A DNA stretch of 53,266 nt from a virus (lineage: Duplodnaviria > Caudoviricetes). Positions 9,734-17,984 of the stretch are shown here, piece after piece. Below the pieces are notes generated by a model. That model saw only the letters and a list, made by a program, of their open reading frames with translations, made no database searches and had not been told where the DNA came from. Made by a program: the position numbers and the translations under genes. Numbering within the stretch: the stretch's first letter is position 1; every line of letters begins with the position of its first letter. The stretch covers positions 1-53,266 of IMG/VR virus record IMGVR_UViG_3300035183_000848, one strand, 5' to 3'.

Positions 9734-9910
9734 TTATGAACTTAAGAACTTTTTTGACCTGCCGCTTAGCATCATGGATATGGCGCTAACCCCTCCCAAG
9801 TGTGGGTTTCCCTCATGTAGCCAAGCATGTACCTTTGAATCGTCACAAAATAATTCACTCAACAAGCGGACAATTTCAATGTTTTCCGTTGAGAAGATAT
9901 GCTCAAGCAT
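9734..9910 (-). CDS. Orphan MbcA/ParS/Xre antitoxin C-terminal (DUF2384-like) domain protein, 3' end frameshifted
   Basis: LFCDDSKVHAWLHEGNPHLGGVSAISMM.SGR; -1 frame at A-AAA-AAG gives KVLKFI; 58 aa, below the ORF-track cutoff. Confidence 0.6.
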   Translation of the reverse strand: MLEHIFSTENIEIVRLLSELFCDDSKVHAWLHEGNPHLGGVSAISMMLSGRSKKFLSS

Positions 9911-9912
9911 TT

Positions 9913-10113
9913 TTATTTTTTGTCTTGGTAAAGTTTTGGGTTCTCAATGCAGTTCATCAAGTAGTCTATCGAGTCCCCGTTGGGGGCCTTTTTTACAGCG
10001 CGACGCATGCAGGCCATAGTCTTCTTGCTGCAATTCCCTATTTCGCTTTTGTTTTTTGAAACTGGGGAGCAGGCATTCACTACGATCAACAAAATATCCA
10101 TCCAGCTAGACAT
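9913..10113 (-). CDS. Small 4-Cys protein (66 aa)
   Basis: GGAGG RBS before ATG 10113; the longer ORF-track N-terminus overlaps the ncRNA and terminator. Confidence 0.55.
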   Translation of the reverse strand: MSSWMDILLIVVNACSPVSKNKSEIGNCSKKTMACMRRAVKKAPNGDSIDYLMNCIENPKLYQDKK

Positions 10114-10141
10114 TGAACCTCCTGTTAAACAATTAAAATTT

Positions 10142-10175
10142 AAAAAAGAGCCAAAGGGGTGAATCTTTGGCCCCC
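10142..10175 (-). terminator. Intrinsic terminator
   Basis: Minus strand GGGCCAAAG-ATTCACCC-CTTTGGCTC then TTTTTT. Confidence 0.8.
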
Positions 10176-10178
10176 TTA

Positions 10179-10402
10179 TATGCAGTCCGGGCGCTACTCC
10201 GGAATCCAGATACTGTAGTGTCGAACGACTTTCCGCATCTCTGGAAGGTATACGGATCAAACGTATCCAAATTTCGCCTTACCTTGAGTTTCACCAGTGG
10301 AGTGTGCTTACTTACTTATGTCCATCCTGTTGCTTTGGTAAAACCTGCTTGTATCGCATTCAAGCAACAATAGGACTCCACAGCTTCTAACTCCGCTGCA
10401 TA
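10179..10402 (-). ncRNA. tRNA-like structured ncRNA of unknown class (~224 nt)
   Basis: 7-bp closing stem TATGCAG/CTGCATA stacked on T-arm-like TCCGG-AGTAGCGC-CCGGA; several internal stems; followed by terminator. Confidence 0.6.
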
Positions 10403-10487
10403 AATATTTGGCCGCCATATCGAAGCGGCTCCCCTCTCGCTCGATTTCCTGTTGTACGGGCCTCGGTAAATTTTCAAAGGTCAAATA

Positions 10488-10535
10488 CGGCGCCGGGAGT
10501 GGATTGGCGTTTGGAGTGGAGGCTACCCGGCGCCG
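10488..10535. repeat. 10-bp GC-rich inverted repeat
   Basis: CGGCGCCGGG ... CCCGGCGCCG. Confidence 0.7.
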
Positions 10536-10554
10536 CTTAAATCGCTAACGCGAT

Positions 10555-10764
10555 TTACCTTATAAAATCATTCCTCCTGGGCCCTGGCTTCAGCCCTTCC
10601 CTCAAGTTAGAGGCTGACTTGTCTGCCTTTAGCATTTGCATCGCGATGGCGTCTGCTTGCCTTCGGGATAAAATTTGTCTGCTCCCATCCTCATAAATCA
10701 CTGTCGATGTGTCTTTGTCCTCATTGTCAAAAACAAACTTAACTTTTTTTGTAATATCAGACAC
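10555..10764 (-). CDS. Hypothetical protein
   Basis: Short ORF in coupled operon. Confidence 0.6.
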   Translation of the reverse strand: MSDITKKVKFVFDNEDKDTSTVIYEDGSRQILSRRQADAIAMQMLKADKSASNLREGLKPGPRRNDFIR

Positions 10765-10767
10765 GCC

Positions 10768-11082
10768 TTACCCCCTTTTTTTTCTTTCGATTTCTCTGGT
10801 TATCTTAAACCACCTCTCGGCACCCATCATAAACCTAGACTCCAACTCTTCTGAGGAGTTTGTAGTTGTAATGTAAGTGCTAACGGTGGTCCCAACCAAG
10901 GCCTCCAAGAACTCATTTAGCAGCCACATTATTTTCTCATTGTCTTCCTCAGCGTTACCGGTGAGGGCTAAAGCCTCCCTTGACTTGTGGATGTGGCTCT
11001 CAAAGGACTTTTGGAGCTCGATTGAAAACGCTGACGCTTCGGCTGAGGATATGTTTTTCCAGTCTGATTCCGTTTGGCTCAT
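10768..11082 (-). CDS. Hypothetical protein
   Basis: ORF in operon. Confidence 0.6.
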   Translation of the reverse strand: MSQTESDWKNISSAEASAFSIELQKSFESHIHKSREALALTGNAEEDNEKIMWLLNEFLEALVGTTVSTYITTTNSSEELESRFMMGAERWFKITREIERKKRG

Positions 11083-11097
11083 GTTTGTAAACTCTTT

Positions 11098-11307
11098 CTA
11101 TTTTTTTGATATTCCATGGTAGTCTTCTGCAGCCTTCCACCCTATGTGGAACCCGTGCGCAACTTGGTTGACCATGTTTTGTTGGTCAAATAATTTCAGG
11201 TGGGTGCCCATCTTCTTCAAGTAATGGGTGGCTGCCTTTATAGCCTCGCGATTCAGCTCTGCTTCATCAATTTTTTTTGCCAATGCCTTCATTAGAAATT
11301 CTTTCAT
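11098..11307 (-). CDS. Hypothetical protein, paralog of the 9356-9712 repeats
   Basis: AIKAA..YLKK...VAHGF..G shared pattern. Confidence 0.6.
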   Translation of the reverse strand: MKEFLMKALAKKIDEAELNREAIKAATHYLKKMGTHLKLFDQQNMVNQVAHGFHIGWKAAEDYHGISKK

Positions 11308-11513
11308 GGTTTTTCCTTTCTTGGGCTAAACATGAGCATAATTTTTGGAGTCAACTCATACAAGACGTATTCCCCTTTTTGAGAAACTTTTAGCGCTTCT
11401 TGGTCCAACCTGTCCGCTATGATCCTCAACTGGTCTGGGGTAACCTCGATCACCCTAAAGCTATATGGAGTTTGGGAGTCCGTGACTTTCTCCATTATTT
11501 TCCCCTCAACCAT
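11304..11513 (-). CDS. Hypothetical protein
   Basis: Overlapping operon ORF. Confidence 0.55.
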   Translation of the reverse strand: MVEGKIMEKVTDSQTPYSFRVIEVTPDQLRIIADRLDQEALKVSQKGEYVLYELTPKIMLMFSPRKEKP

Positions 11514-11791
11514 CTCTTGGCATAATCATCATAATGCCAACCCCTCAGCAAAAGGTCTTGCTCGAGGTGGAAGTGACGCTTCACAAAAGTTGTTAGCCCA
11601 ACGCTGTGCCTCTCTGTGTGGCAACGTCGACAGAGGCTCCATAGGTTTGAATCTAGGTCTTCTCCTCCAGCCCCGCGGGTCTTGATGTGGTCCAAGTCGC
11701 AGTCTCCATGTTGCTTGCATGAAACGCATCGTGATTTCCTGATTTTATCCTTTAGCTTCTTGCTCTGAGTTGTCTTTTTCTTTTGGAACAT
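11495..11791 (-). CDS. Small Zn-binding HNH-family nuclease
   Basis: CVSC...DHIKTRGAGG.D..NLWSLCRRCHTERH. Confidence 0.75.
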   Translation of the reverse strand: MFQKKKTTQSKKLKDKIRKSRCVSCKQHGDCDLDHIKTRGAGGEDLDSNLWSLCRRCHTERHSVGLTTFVKRHFHLEQDLLLRGWHYDDYAKRWLRGK

Positions 11792-12590
11792 AAACAGAGT
11801 TTAACTCATCGGCGATATTTTTCTTTTTTTCTTGGACAATGACTGAAGGCTCCTCCGGAGTGAAGCTATAGTCATACTCGGCTATTGGAATTCCAGCGAT
11901 GAGGTCGGCGAACTTTGACCTAAGTGCCAAGGTCCTGGCCTTGTATCGGAGCATGATCCTCTCCCACTTTTCCCAGGTTTCTTTTTTCTTGCCTTGGTAA
12001 GTCTTGTCGATACCTGCCCGAGCCAAATCATCCAGAGTGAAATAATCTTCTTGCTCGGATTGATCTCCCTTTCTCTTGATTCTGGTCACCGAGGCATACA
12101 CTCTTGCATTGAGGTTTTTATTCTCAACCGAGATCCTTTCGATGTTTTCGTCAACGTAGAACTCTTCTATTTTTTCAACCAAGCCTGTACGCAAGCACAA
12201 AGAGAGCGGGCCCTCCCCATATAGGCATGGCCTCCCACCAACGACGTACATCATCTTGATGGCTATCATCTCATTCATCTGCATTGCCTTGGCGTATTGG
12301 AATGCCACAACGAGCTGTTGAGGGGTCTTGAAGGTGCTTGAGACCATTTCTTGGTCAATCAATCTCTTGGCAAATGAAAGCTGGTCCTCTAGGGAGGTGA
12401 GCATGAGTCTCCCTGCGTGGTCCGTTTGAAGCTGTTTTTTTTCGATTTTAACTAATTTTTTCTGTTCTTCATTTTGGTCTTGGGGAAGGATTTTTTTGGG
12501 ATATGAGCCTTCGTTTGTCACTGAGTTTTCCTGCTCAACAAACTCATCAAAGCTTGGGATGTCCTTATCGTCCTGCATAATAGCCTCCAT
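11745..12590 (-). CDS. RecT/Redbeta-like ssDNA-annealing protein
   Basis: MYVVGGRPCLYG, A..AG, W.KW...MLRYKARTLALRSKFADLIAG motifs; RecE-like gene nearby. Confidence 0.7.
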   Translation of the reverse strand: MEAIMQDDKDIPSFDEFVEQENSVTNEGSYPKKILPQDQNEEQKKLVKIEKKQLQTDHAGRLMLTSLEDQLSFAKRLIDQEMVSSTFKTPQQLVVAFQYAKAMQMNEMIAIKMMYVVGGRPCLYGEGPLSLCLRTGLVEKIEEFYVDENIERISVENKNLNARVYASVTRIKRKGDQSEQEDYFTLDDLARAGIDKTYQGKKKETWEKWERIMLRYKARTLALRSKFADLIAGIPIAEYDYSFTPEEPSVIVQEKKKNIADELNSVYVPKEKDNSEQEAKG

Positions 12591-12652
12591 AATATTTTCT
12601 TAATAATTGTTATGATTGTTGTAAAGCCAAATATTATGACGGATAGATATTT

Positions 12653-13051
12653 TTATTTAACGCAGAGAGTAAAAGAATCAATTCCACCCTGGAGGGCCAT
12701 GAACTTGGCAAAGGCATCCTTACTGTTTAAGACCTTGCTTTGGTTATCAGTTCCAAGTCCAACCAAGATGCAGCCGTTACTGTCCTGATTGAAATTTCCA
12801 GTGTGGAACAAAATCCCGGAATGCCCAGGGACCTTTGTAACCTCGAAGGTCTCAAAGGGGTGGTCCATGCTGGCTAATTGGTGTTGGCCGCGAACACAGA
12901 CGTACTCACCCTTTGGGAGTTTTGGCAAGAACCCTTCTCCAGACTGGTAGGCGTGCTGAAGCGTGTAGCAAACATGTTGCCCATCTTCGGAAAATAGTTC
13001 TCCAAAGATTCCCCTTTCACAATAAAATTTATTTACCAAGTTCATTTTCAT
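12653..13051 (-). CDS. DUF5675-family L,D-peptidase-like protein (candidate endolysin)
   Basis: LPKGEY..., VPGHSGILFHTGN...DSNGCILVG..NSKDAF. Confidence 0.75.
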   Translation of the reverse strand: MKMNLVNKFYCERGIFGELFSEDGQHVCYTLQHAYQSGEGFLPKLPKGEYVCVRGQHQLASMDHPFETFEVTKVPGHSGILFHTGNFNQDSNGCILVGLGTDNQSKVLNSKDAFAKFMALQGGIDSFTLCVK

Positions 13052-13052
13052 C

Positions 13053-13760
13053 TTAAATGTCCTCCCTATAAGTCAAGGTTGTCTCTAGGTTTGCCTGGCC
13101 GTAGAAATCCATCTCATCTGTCTGTTCGGTTTTCTTTTCACCAAACCTGCCCCCATAGAAAGTTTCTTCTATCCTTGTGAAGGGAAGGGCATGCTCCATG
13201 GTTAGGCCAACGTATTCAGAGTAATGCTTCAAGGAAATTTTGCTATATATTTGCTGGGAGTCCCTGCAAACCACATGAAGTTCTGAAGTTGGGAAACCAT
13301 AGATGTGTTCCCTAAAGCAAACCCAGCCTGAATTTATTCCGCTTAGATACCTTGAAAAGCTCCGCTTAAGCACAAAGCAATCTGAATCAATAAACACCAC
13401 CTTGTCGTATATATTGAGCAAAGTGCCGATAAAATTCAGCGCCCTCCAGCAATATGGATAGTTGAGGTGCTCACCGCTTGGAAGGTGCCTTGAGTGTCTT
13501 GCCACAATGACCTGGAAATTTTCCCCTAGGTCTTTTGCTTCAAAAAACTCTTGTTTGTTGTCTCGCCACAAGGAACTGGGATTCAGTTTCTCTATCAAAT
13601 TCTCTGGGGAGGCGTTATCAACCAAAAATATTTTTTCAAACCCAATATCTTCTCTTATTTTGGAGTACCAATCCAAATACCTTTTGTTTCTCTCTAGCCT
13701 TGGGTTCCCAAAATTGTCTAACCCATCAAGGTAGCAGGAGGTCATCAATGCCGTTCTCAT
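13053..13760 (-). CDS. Putative GT-A-fold glycosyltransferase
   Basis: IFLVDNAS and YDKVVFIDSDCF (DxD); start placed at ATG 13760. Confidence 0.6.
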   Translation of the reverse strand: MRTALMTSCYLDGLDNFGNPRLERNKRYLDWYSKIREDIGFEKIFLVDNASPENLIEKLNPSSLWRDNKQEFFEAKDLGENFQVIVARHSRHLPSGEHLNYPYCWRALNFIGTLLNIYDKVVFIDSDCFVLKRSFSRYLSGINSGWVCFREHIYGFPTSELHVVCRDSQQIYSKISLKHYSEYVGLTMEHALPFTRIEETFYGGRFGEKKTEQTDEMDFYGQANLETTLTYREDI

Positions 13761-14065
13761 TTTATTTGAATCACTCCCCCTGCAGTTGAGTTCACCACAT
13801 TTTGCAAGAGCTCCCGGTGGGCGTTGTTCAAATCGTCTCGTTTCAAGAGGTTTGCCGCCAAGGCCTTCCATGCCTGGAATATGGTCGAGTTATCCATTTC
13901 TTCCATTTTGTTATTTTTTACCGAGTGCCAAGCTATCGAGCCCTTTTTTGATTCCCCAAACCTAACGATTGTACAAATCAAAAGTTCATCAACTGGGATT
14001 TTTTTGCCATCTTTTTCAAACTCACCTAACTCGACTTCAAATCGTATTGGATATTTCTTTGACAA
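13757..14065 (-). CDS. Hypothetical protein
   Basis: Operon ORF. Confidence 0.55.
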   Translation of the reverse strand: MSKKYPIRFEVELGEFEKDGKKIPVDELLICTIVRFGESKKGSIAWHSVKNNKMEEMDNSTIFQAWKALAANLLKRDDLNNAHRELLQNVVNSTAGGVIQIK

Positions 14066-14525
14066 TATTTTCTCCGTTTCTTTTTTTCTCTGACTCAGAA
14101 AATAAATCCCAAAGGATATTTTTCATTGATTCAATATTGTGTTCTTCACCATCGATAGCTTTCCTTACAAACATTCGATCTAAAGTTTTTTCTCCAAAAT
14201 ATGTTCCAGGATTCCTTGGACCGCCCCTCCTTAAAAAGGCCTTTTCAATCGATTCTATTCTTTCCCTTAATTCCTTGTTTTCAGCTTCAAGTTGCCTAAT
14301 GTAATCTTGGTCCTTTAGGTGGAATTTCAAGAACGTCTTTACTTCGAGGTTCCCTTTGTTGTCCTCAACTATTATGGGGTCAGAGCGCTCTATCACCAGT
14401 AGATTTCTATCTATAAATTCCTTTAATTGACCCAAAATTAAGCTCTCGATTTGTTTTTCCTGATTCCAGAGAAGCTCTTTTGCTAAGTCGAACGATTTCT
14501 GATTTCCCAAATCATTCAAATTCAT
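14037..14525 (-). CDS. Hypothetical coiled-coil protein
   Basis: ATGA-coupled to the exonuclease gene. Confidence 0.6.
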   Translation of the reverse strand: MNLNDLGNQKSFDLAKELLWNQEKQIESLILGQLKEFIDRNLLVIERSDPIIVEDNKGNLEVKTFLKFHLKDQDYIRQLEAENKELRERIESIEKAFLRRGGPRNPGTYFGEKTLDRMFVRKAIDGEEHNIESMKNILWDLFSESEKKRNGENIVKEISNTI

Positions 14526-15409
14526 ATTTCACCCTCCCAACCTACCCAAGATGGAATCTCCGTGTGGACAAACTCATCTGGATAGCAGGGCCAAACGTCC
14601 TTGCTGAGACATTCGGCATAGAGCTTTGTCAACCTTGCCCTGACTTGTTCTCCAACATCAAGCTGGCCAGAATCCAGTGGGAACATCCTCACTCCCCATG
14701 GGGCCTCTTTTTCAATTGCAACAAATATAAAACTCTCGCCATTGCCTACCTTTGCTGACTTTATGCAGTGCGAATAATGAGCAGCCTGCAGTACATAGAA
14801 TGGACTTGAGAACTTGTCCGAAAATATTTGGTTCAAGAAAAAAGGGATCGAAGCGTCACGGGTTGTCTTGATGTCAACGACATGACCGTGCTTTGTGATG
14901 AAGTCTGGCCTGCAGGTCAAGTTAACCCCTGTCTCGGGGTCCTTCACCCAAAGAGAGGTTTCACTCATACCCTCCTTCAGGAGCTCCCTCAGCCTTGACT
15001 GCTCGCGTATGGTTTTTGATATCCCCTTGATCATTGTGATGTCGTCCTTCTTTACGACGATGGATTTTGGGCCAAGACTTGCGTACCAATCAACCTTTGC
15101 CTGCCTCGCCTCTGCAGACCTTGAGCTGTCTTTTCCGTCCTTGGTTTTTCCCGTGAACTCGGGCTCCATGACGTAGGTGTCCATGAACTTCTCGGGGTTC
15201 TCCAGGAAGCTATGGACTAGTTTCCCCTGGCGAAGAGCTTCGGTCTCCTCCCTTGGAGCTTCAAGTGCCGCCTTGAGGTGGGCTGGGCTCTTCTTTAGGT
15301 GCTTCAAGTGCCCAGACCTCAGGGCGCTTATATTTGTTGAGGTTGAGGTATACTCCTCATAGCTCAGTCCTTGGTATAAATGACAAAAATTTACCTGTTC
15401 CAACTTCAC
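14522..15409 (-). CDS. RecE/exonuclease VIII-like PD-(D/E)XK nuclease (DUF3799-like)
   Basis: KSPAH, GKLVH, CRPDF...VDIKTT, YVLQAAHY, FVAIEKEAP. Confidence 0.85.
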   Translation of the reverse strand: MKLEQVNFCHLYQGLSYEEYTSTSTNISALRSGHLKHLKKSPAHLKAALEAPREETEALRQGKLVHSFLENPEKFMDTYVMEPEFTGKTKDGKDSSRSAEARQAKVDWYASLGPKSIVVKKDDITMIKGISKTIREQSRLRELLKEGMSETSLWVKDPETGVNLTCRPDFITKHGHVVDIKTTRDASIPFFLNQIFSDKFSSPFYVLQAAHYSHCIKSAKVGNGESFIFVAIEKEAPWGVRMFPLDSGQLDVGEQVRARLTKLYAECLSKDVWPCYPDEFVHTEIPSWVGWEGEI

Positions 15410-15411
15410 TC

Positions 15412-15636
15412 CTATTTCACTGGTTTTAGGTTTGGCTTTGGAGTCATGAACTCATCCATGATCCTCTTGGATTCAACCTGCATGATGCTCATCGCGTGCA
15501 AGCTGTCGATGTTCTTGAAGACTCTCGTTATGTTTGAAAAGTTCTCTGTGCATAAAATCATCACTATCCTGCTGCTTCCAAAGTGCCGTGCTATTTCATC
15601 TAGCTTTTCTACAATTTCTGGCGTTAGTTCCTTCAT
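15412..15636 (-). CDS. Hypothetical protein
   Basis: Operon ORF. Confidence 0.55.
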   Translation of the reverse strand: MKELTPEIVEKLDEIARHFGSSRIVMILCTENFSNITRVFKNIDSLHAMSIMQVESKRIMDEFMTPKPNLKPVK

Positions 15637-15642
15637 GATTTT

Positions 15643-15861
15643 TTATCCCTTTAGTTTCAAGAAGCTTGAAGCCTCTATGATTTGCTTGCCATCCAAAACC
15701 CTCTCAAGGGTTTCAATCCCAAAAAATTTGATCAGTATTTCTAATTCTTGCCCCCGTGATGGGTCGGCGATAACCCTTTGGAGGTACTTTTTGAACCCAA
15801 TGTAATTTTTATCCACTGACTTGAAGTTTTTATATTGTGAAAAATCGCGGTCATCTACCAC
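15643..15861 (-). CDS. Hypothetical protein
   Basis: GAGG RBS, operon ORF. Confidence 0.55.
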   Translation of the reverse strand: MVDDRDFSQYKNFKSVDKNYIGFKKYLQRVIADPSRGQELEILIKFFGIETLERVLDGKQIIEASSFLKLKG

Positions 15862-16506
15862 CTAACCCTCCTCGATATACTGTAATTTTTTCAATGTTCC
15901 TATTTCTGGACCAGACAACTGTGGGAGTTTGCGGCTCTCTGAAAACGAAATGTCTGGGAGCAATGCCTTTGCCTCTTGGGCGGTTAGTAAGTTTTTGCTT
16001 ACCGCCTGAACTATGACCCTCTCTTGTGCGACCTTGTCTTGCCCAAGGGAGACCTCCCATTTGACCTGGCGATTTTCAGCCCTGGCTTCGGCTAGCTTCT
16101 TCAAATAAGCCTCCTTGAAGGCCATCCTAGCAGCAATCTCATCCCGCTCGATTAAAGGCAGCGCCGCACTGAAAAAGGCGTCCTTGACTTCCTGGGTCCA
16201 CACCACGGTTTGTGACTCGCTGATGGGGCACATGGCCCACGCCTCTTCAACCCCTGGTCTTCCATCCGGCGAACCTGGCTTGATAAAACCACGGATGTCC
16301 GCTGGCATTGGCAAAACCCTTCTCCCTGGCTCTCGGCGAAAGTGTGCAAAAGCCCGGTCAACGTCCGAAAGGGATAGGTCTTCGAGCTCCTTTGCAAAAA
16401 GCTTTAGCTTGATCTCGTTCATTGGAGCGTCGTAGAACGATGCGTTTTCAAGAATGATTTCAAATATTTTCTTCATTTTTGAGTTATTCTGCTGGCTTGA
16501 ATTTTC
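15862..16506 (-). CDS. Replication protein P-like / helicase-loader-like protein
   Basis: P.PADI, DGRPGVEEAWA, VVWT, IAARMAFKEAY motifs; downstream of initiator; start uncertain. Confidence 0.55.
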   Translation of the reverse strand, partial: ENSSQQNNSKMKKIFEIILENASFYDAPMNEIKLKLFAKELEDLSLSDVDRAFAHFRREPGRRVLPMPADIRGFIKPGSPDGRPGVEEAWAMCPISESQTVVWTQEVKDAFFSAALPLIERDEIAARMAFKEAYLKKLAEARAENRQVKWEVSLGQDKVAQERVIVQAVSKNLLTAQEAKALLPDISFSESRKLPQLSGPEIGTLKKLQYIEEG

Positions 16507-16687
16507 CATTTTCTTCCATGCTTTCTGGCAATTTTGCTGCGATAACCCAACCCTCCATGGCCTGGTCCTTTTGGAAATCCCAAAAATGCCTAAACTCCCA
16601 AATATTTCCAAACTGGTCTAAAAACGCATGCTGTTGATTGCCTTCTTGGTTAATCGTGGTTGTAAAAAATTTAGGCTCAATCTTCAC
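16484..16687 (-). CDS. Hypothetical protein
   Basis: Coupled to the initiator stop. Confidence 0.5.
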   Translation of the reverse strand: MKIEPKFFTTTINQEGNQQHAFLDQFGNIWEFRHFWDFQKDQAMEGWVIAAKLPESMEENGKFKPAE

Positions 16688-17664
16688 AGTTCACCTTCCT
16701 GATTTCTTTGCCAAAGTTCGCCTATGGCTTGCATGTTTATCTCGGAGCTGGTCATGCGCCTTGACGGGATGTTTTTCCGGTAGCTCTCAAAGGCGCGGTT
16801 TAGCCAGTTCGACATGAACCTGCTGAATTGCTTTGGGTTTTTTCGTGGATTTGACTTGATCCAGACGTTCGCCTTGAGTAGCTCATCGCAAATCCAATCC
16901 GCTCCGGGATAAGCCTCAAGCCAAGCTCGCTGTGTCTCTTCCGAGACTTTTCGGACCAAGAGCATGGTTTCAATCAGGGGGTTGGACTTGAACTCTTGGA
17001 GAACGCCTCGAGGGTTCACGGAAGTAACCCGAGAGGGACTTTCCCCCGAAAGGTTTTCTGGGAATAGCTCTGGTTTTTCAGGAATTGGTTCCGGTATTGG
17101 CTCAGGCGGTTTTTCGCTGATGGGCTTATGTTTATTTTCTAATTCTTGCTTTGTATTGCTTTGCTTTGAACTGCTTTGAACTGCTTTGTATTGTATTGCA
17201 TTGCTTTGTATTGTATTGAGGTTCGCGGCTATATCGTTTGCTTCGTCGTGTGCTTCGTTTTGCTTCGTTTTGCTTCGGTCGTAAGTTGTTGTTTTGCTTC
17301 TTGATTTTCCACTTTTCAAACCACCTGCTCTACCTGCCTCACTTCTTGAACGAAGCAAAACAGTGTTTGCTTTGATGTGTTTTTTGTTGCCACGCACTTC
17401 AAACAGGTTTGCTTCGTTTGCTACGGGAACAATATATTCATTTTCAACAAGCGCATTGAACATGGTCTCTTTGAAGTCATTTGAACAAGGCAAGAACTTC
17501 ATCAGCCTTTCTTTGGTTTCTCTCCAAACATTTCTTTCTTGAGTGTCATGCCAAAAGATGACCAGTGAACCTATAGTTTGAACTCTGTTGTAATTGAGAG
17601 CTTCCATGAGGTTGAAGAACCTCGACTCTGCCATTGCTCGTGTCTCTACGTTTACTCTAGCCAA
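16684..17664 (-). CDS. Phage replication initiator (O-like)
   Basis: RSEAGRAGGLKSGKSR, repeat-rich linker, C-terminal W..AYP...W..SNP.K...RFMSNWLNR; TTG start at 17664 with AGGGG RBS. Confidence 0.7.
   Translation of the reverse strand: MARVNVETRAMAESRFFNLMEALNYNRVQTIGSLVIFWHDTQERNVWRETKERLMKFLPCSNDFKETMFNALVENEYIVPVANEANLFEVRGNKKHIKANTVLLRSRSEAGRAGGLKSGKSRSKTTTYDRSKTKQNEAHDEANDIAANLNTIQSNAIQYKAVQSSSKQSNTKQELENKHKPISEKPPEPIPEPIPEKPELFPENLSGESPSRVTSVNPRGVLQEFKSNPLIETMLLVRKVSEETQRAWLEAYPGADWICDELLKANVWIKSNPRKNPKQFSRFMSNWLNRAFESYRKNIPSRRMTSSEINMQAIGELWQRNQEGEL
17145..17422. repeat. Iteron-like repeats / probable replication origin inside the initiator gene
   Basis: Several TTTGCTTC(G) copies plus an inverted CGAAGCAAAA at 17351, next to tandem TGCTTTG(TAT/AAC) repeats. 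Confidence 0.55.
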
Positions 17665-17712
17665 AACCCATCCCCTTTTTATTGTGAGGTCCCCCGTACT
17701 GGCAGGATGGAG

Positions 17713-17846
17713 TCCCAGAAGCCAATTTTGCCGATTGCTTCTGGGAGATAGATGGAATAAAATGATGGACATCTAGAGAGCTTCTTCAAACTCAAGACTA
17801 AATCATTTTACCATCATCTATCTATAAGACCCCCTCGGCAAAGGGG
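17713..17846 (-). promoter_or_regulatory. Three tandem hairpins in the initiator leader
   Basis: TCCCAGAAGC/GCTTCTGGGA; AGATAGATG..TAAAATGAT/ATCATTTTA..CATCTATCT; CCCCT/AGGGG. Confidence 0.5.
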
Positions 17847-17984
17847 AATTTCATAATGAATTTTATGACATTATTAATTATTGTTTTTAATTTTAAAAGT
17901 GAAAAAGCGATTTGAAGCAAATTTTTTTTAAAAAAACTGGGAAAAGAATTATTTTGGGTAAGTTTTAGAAACTATTCTCAATAC

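Noticed and set aside
10179-10402. tmRNA
   Set aside because: No GGGGC/Ala acceptor with G3-U70, no CCA, no tag peptide ending in AA
17145-17300. CRISPR array
   Set aside because: Short tandem repeats without unique spacers, inside a coding region
17665-17772. ORF-track N-terminal extension of the initiator
   Set aside because: Overlaps hairpins; a better RBS and TTG start lie at 17664
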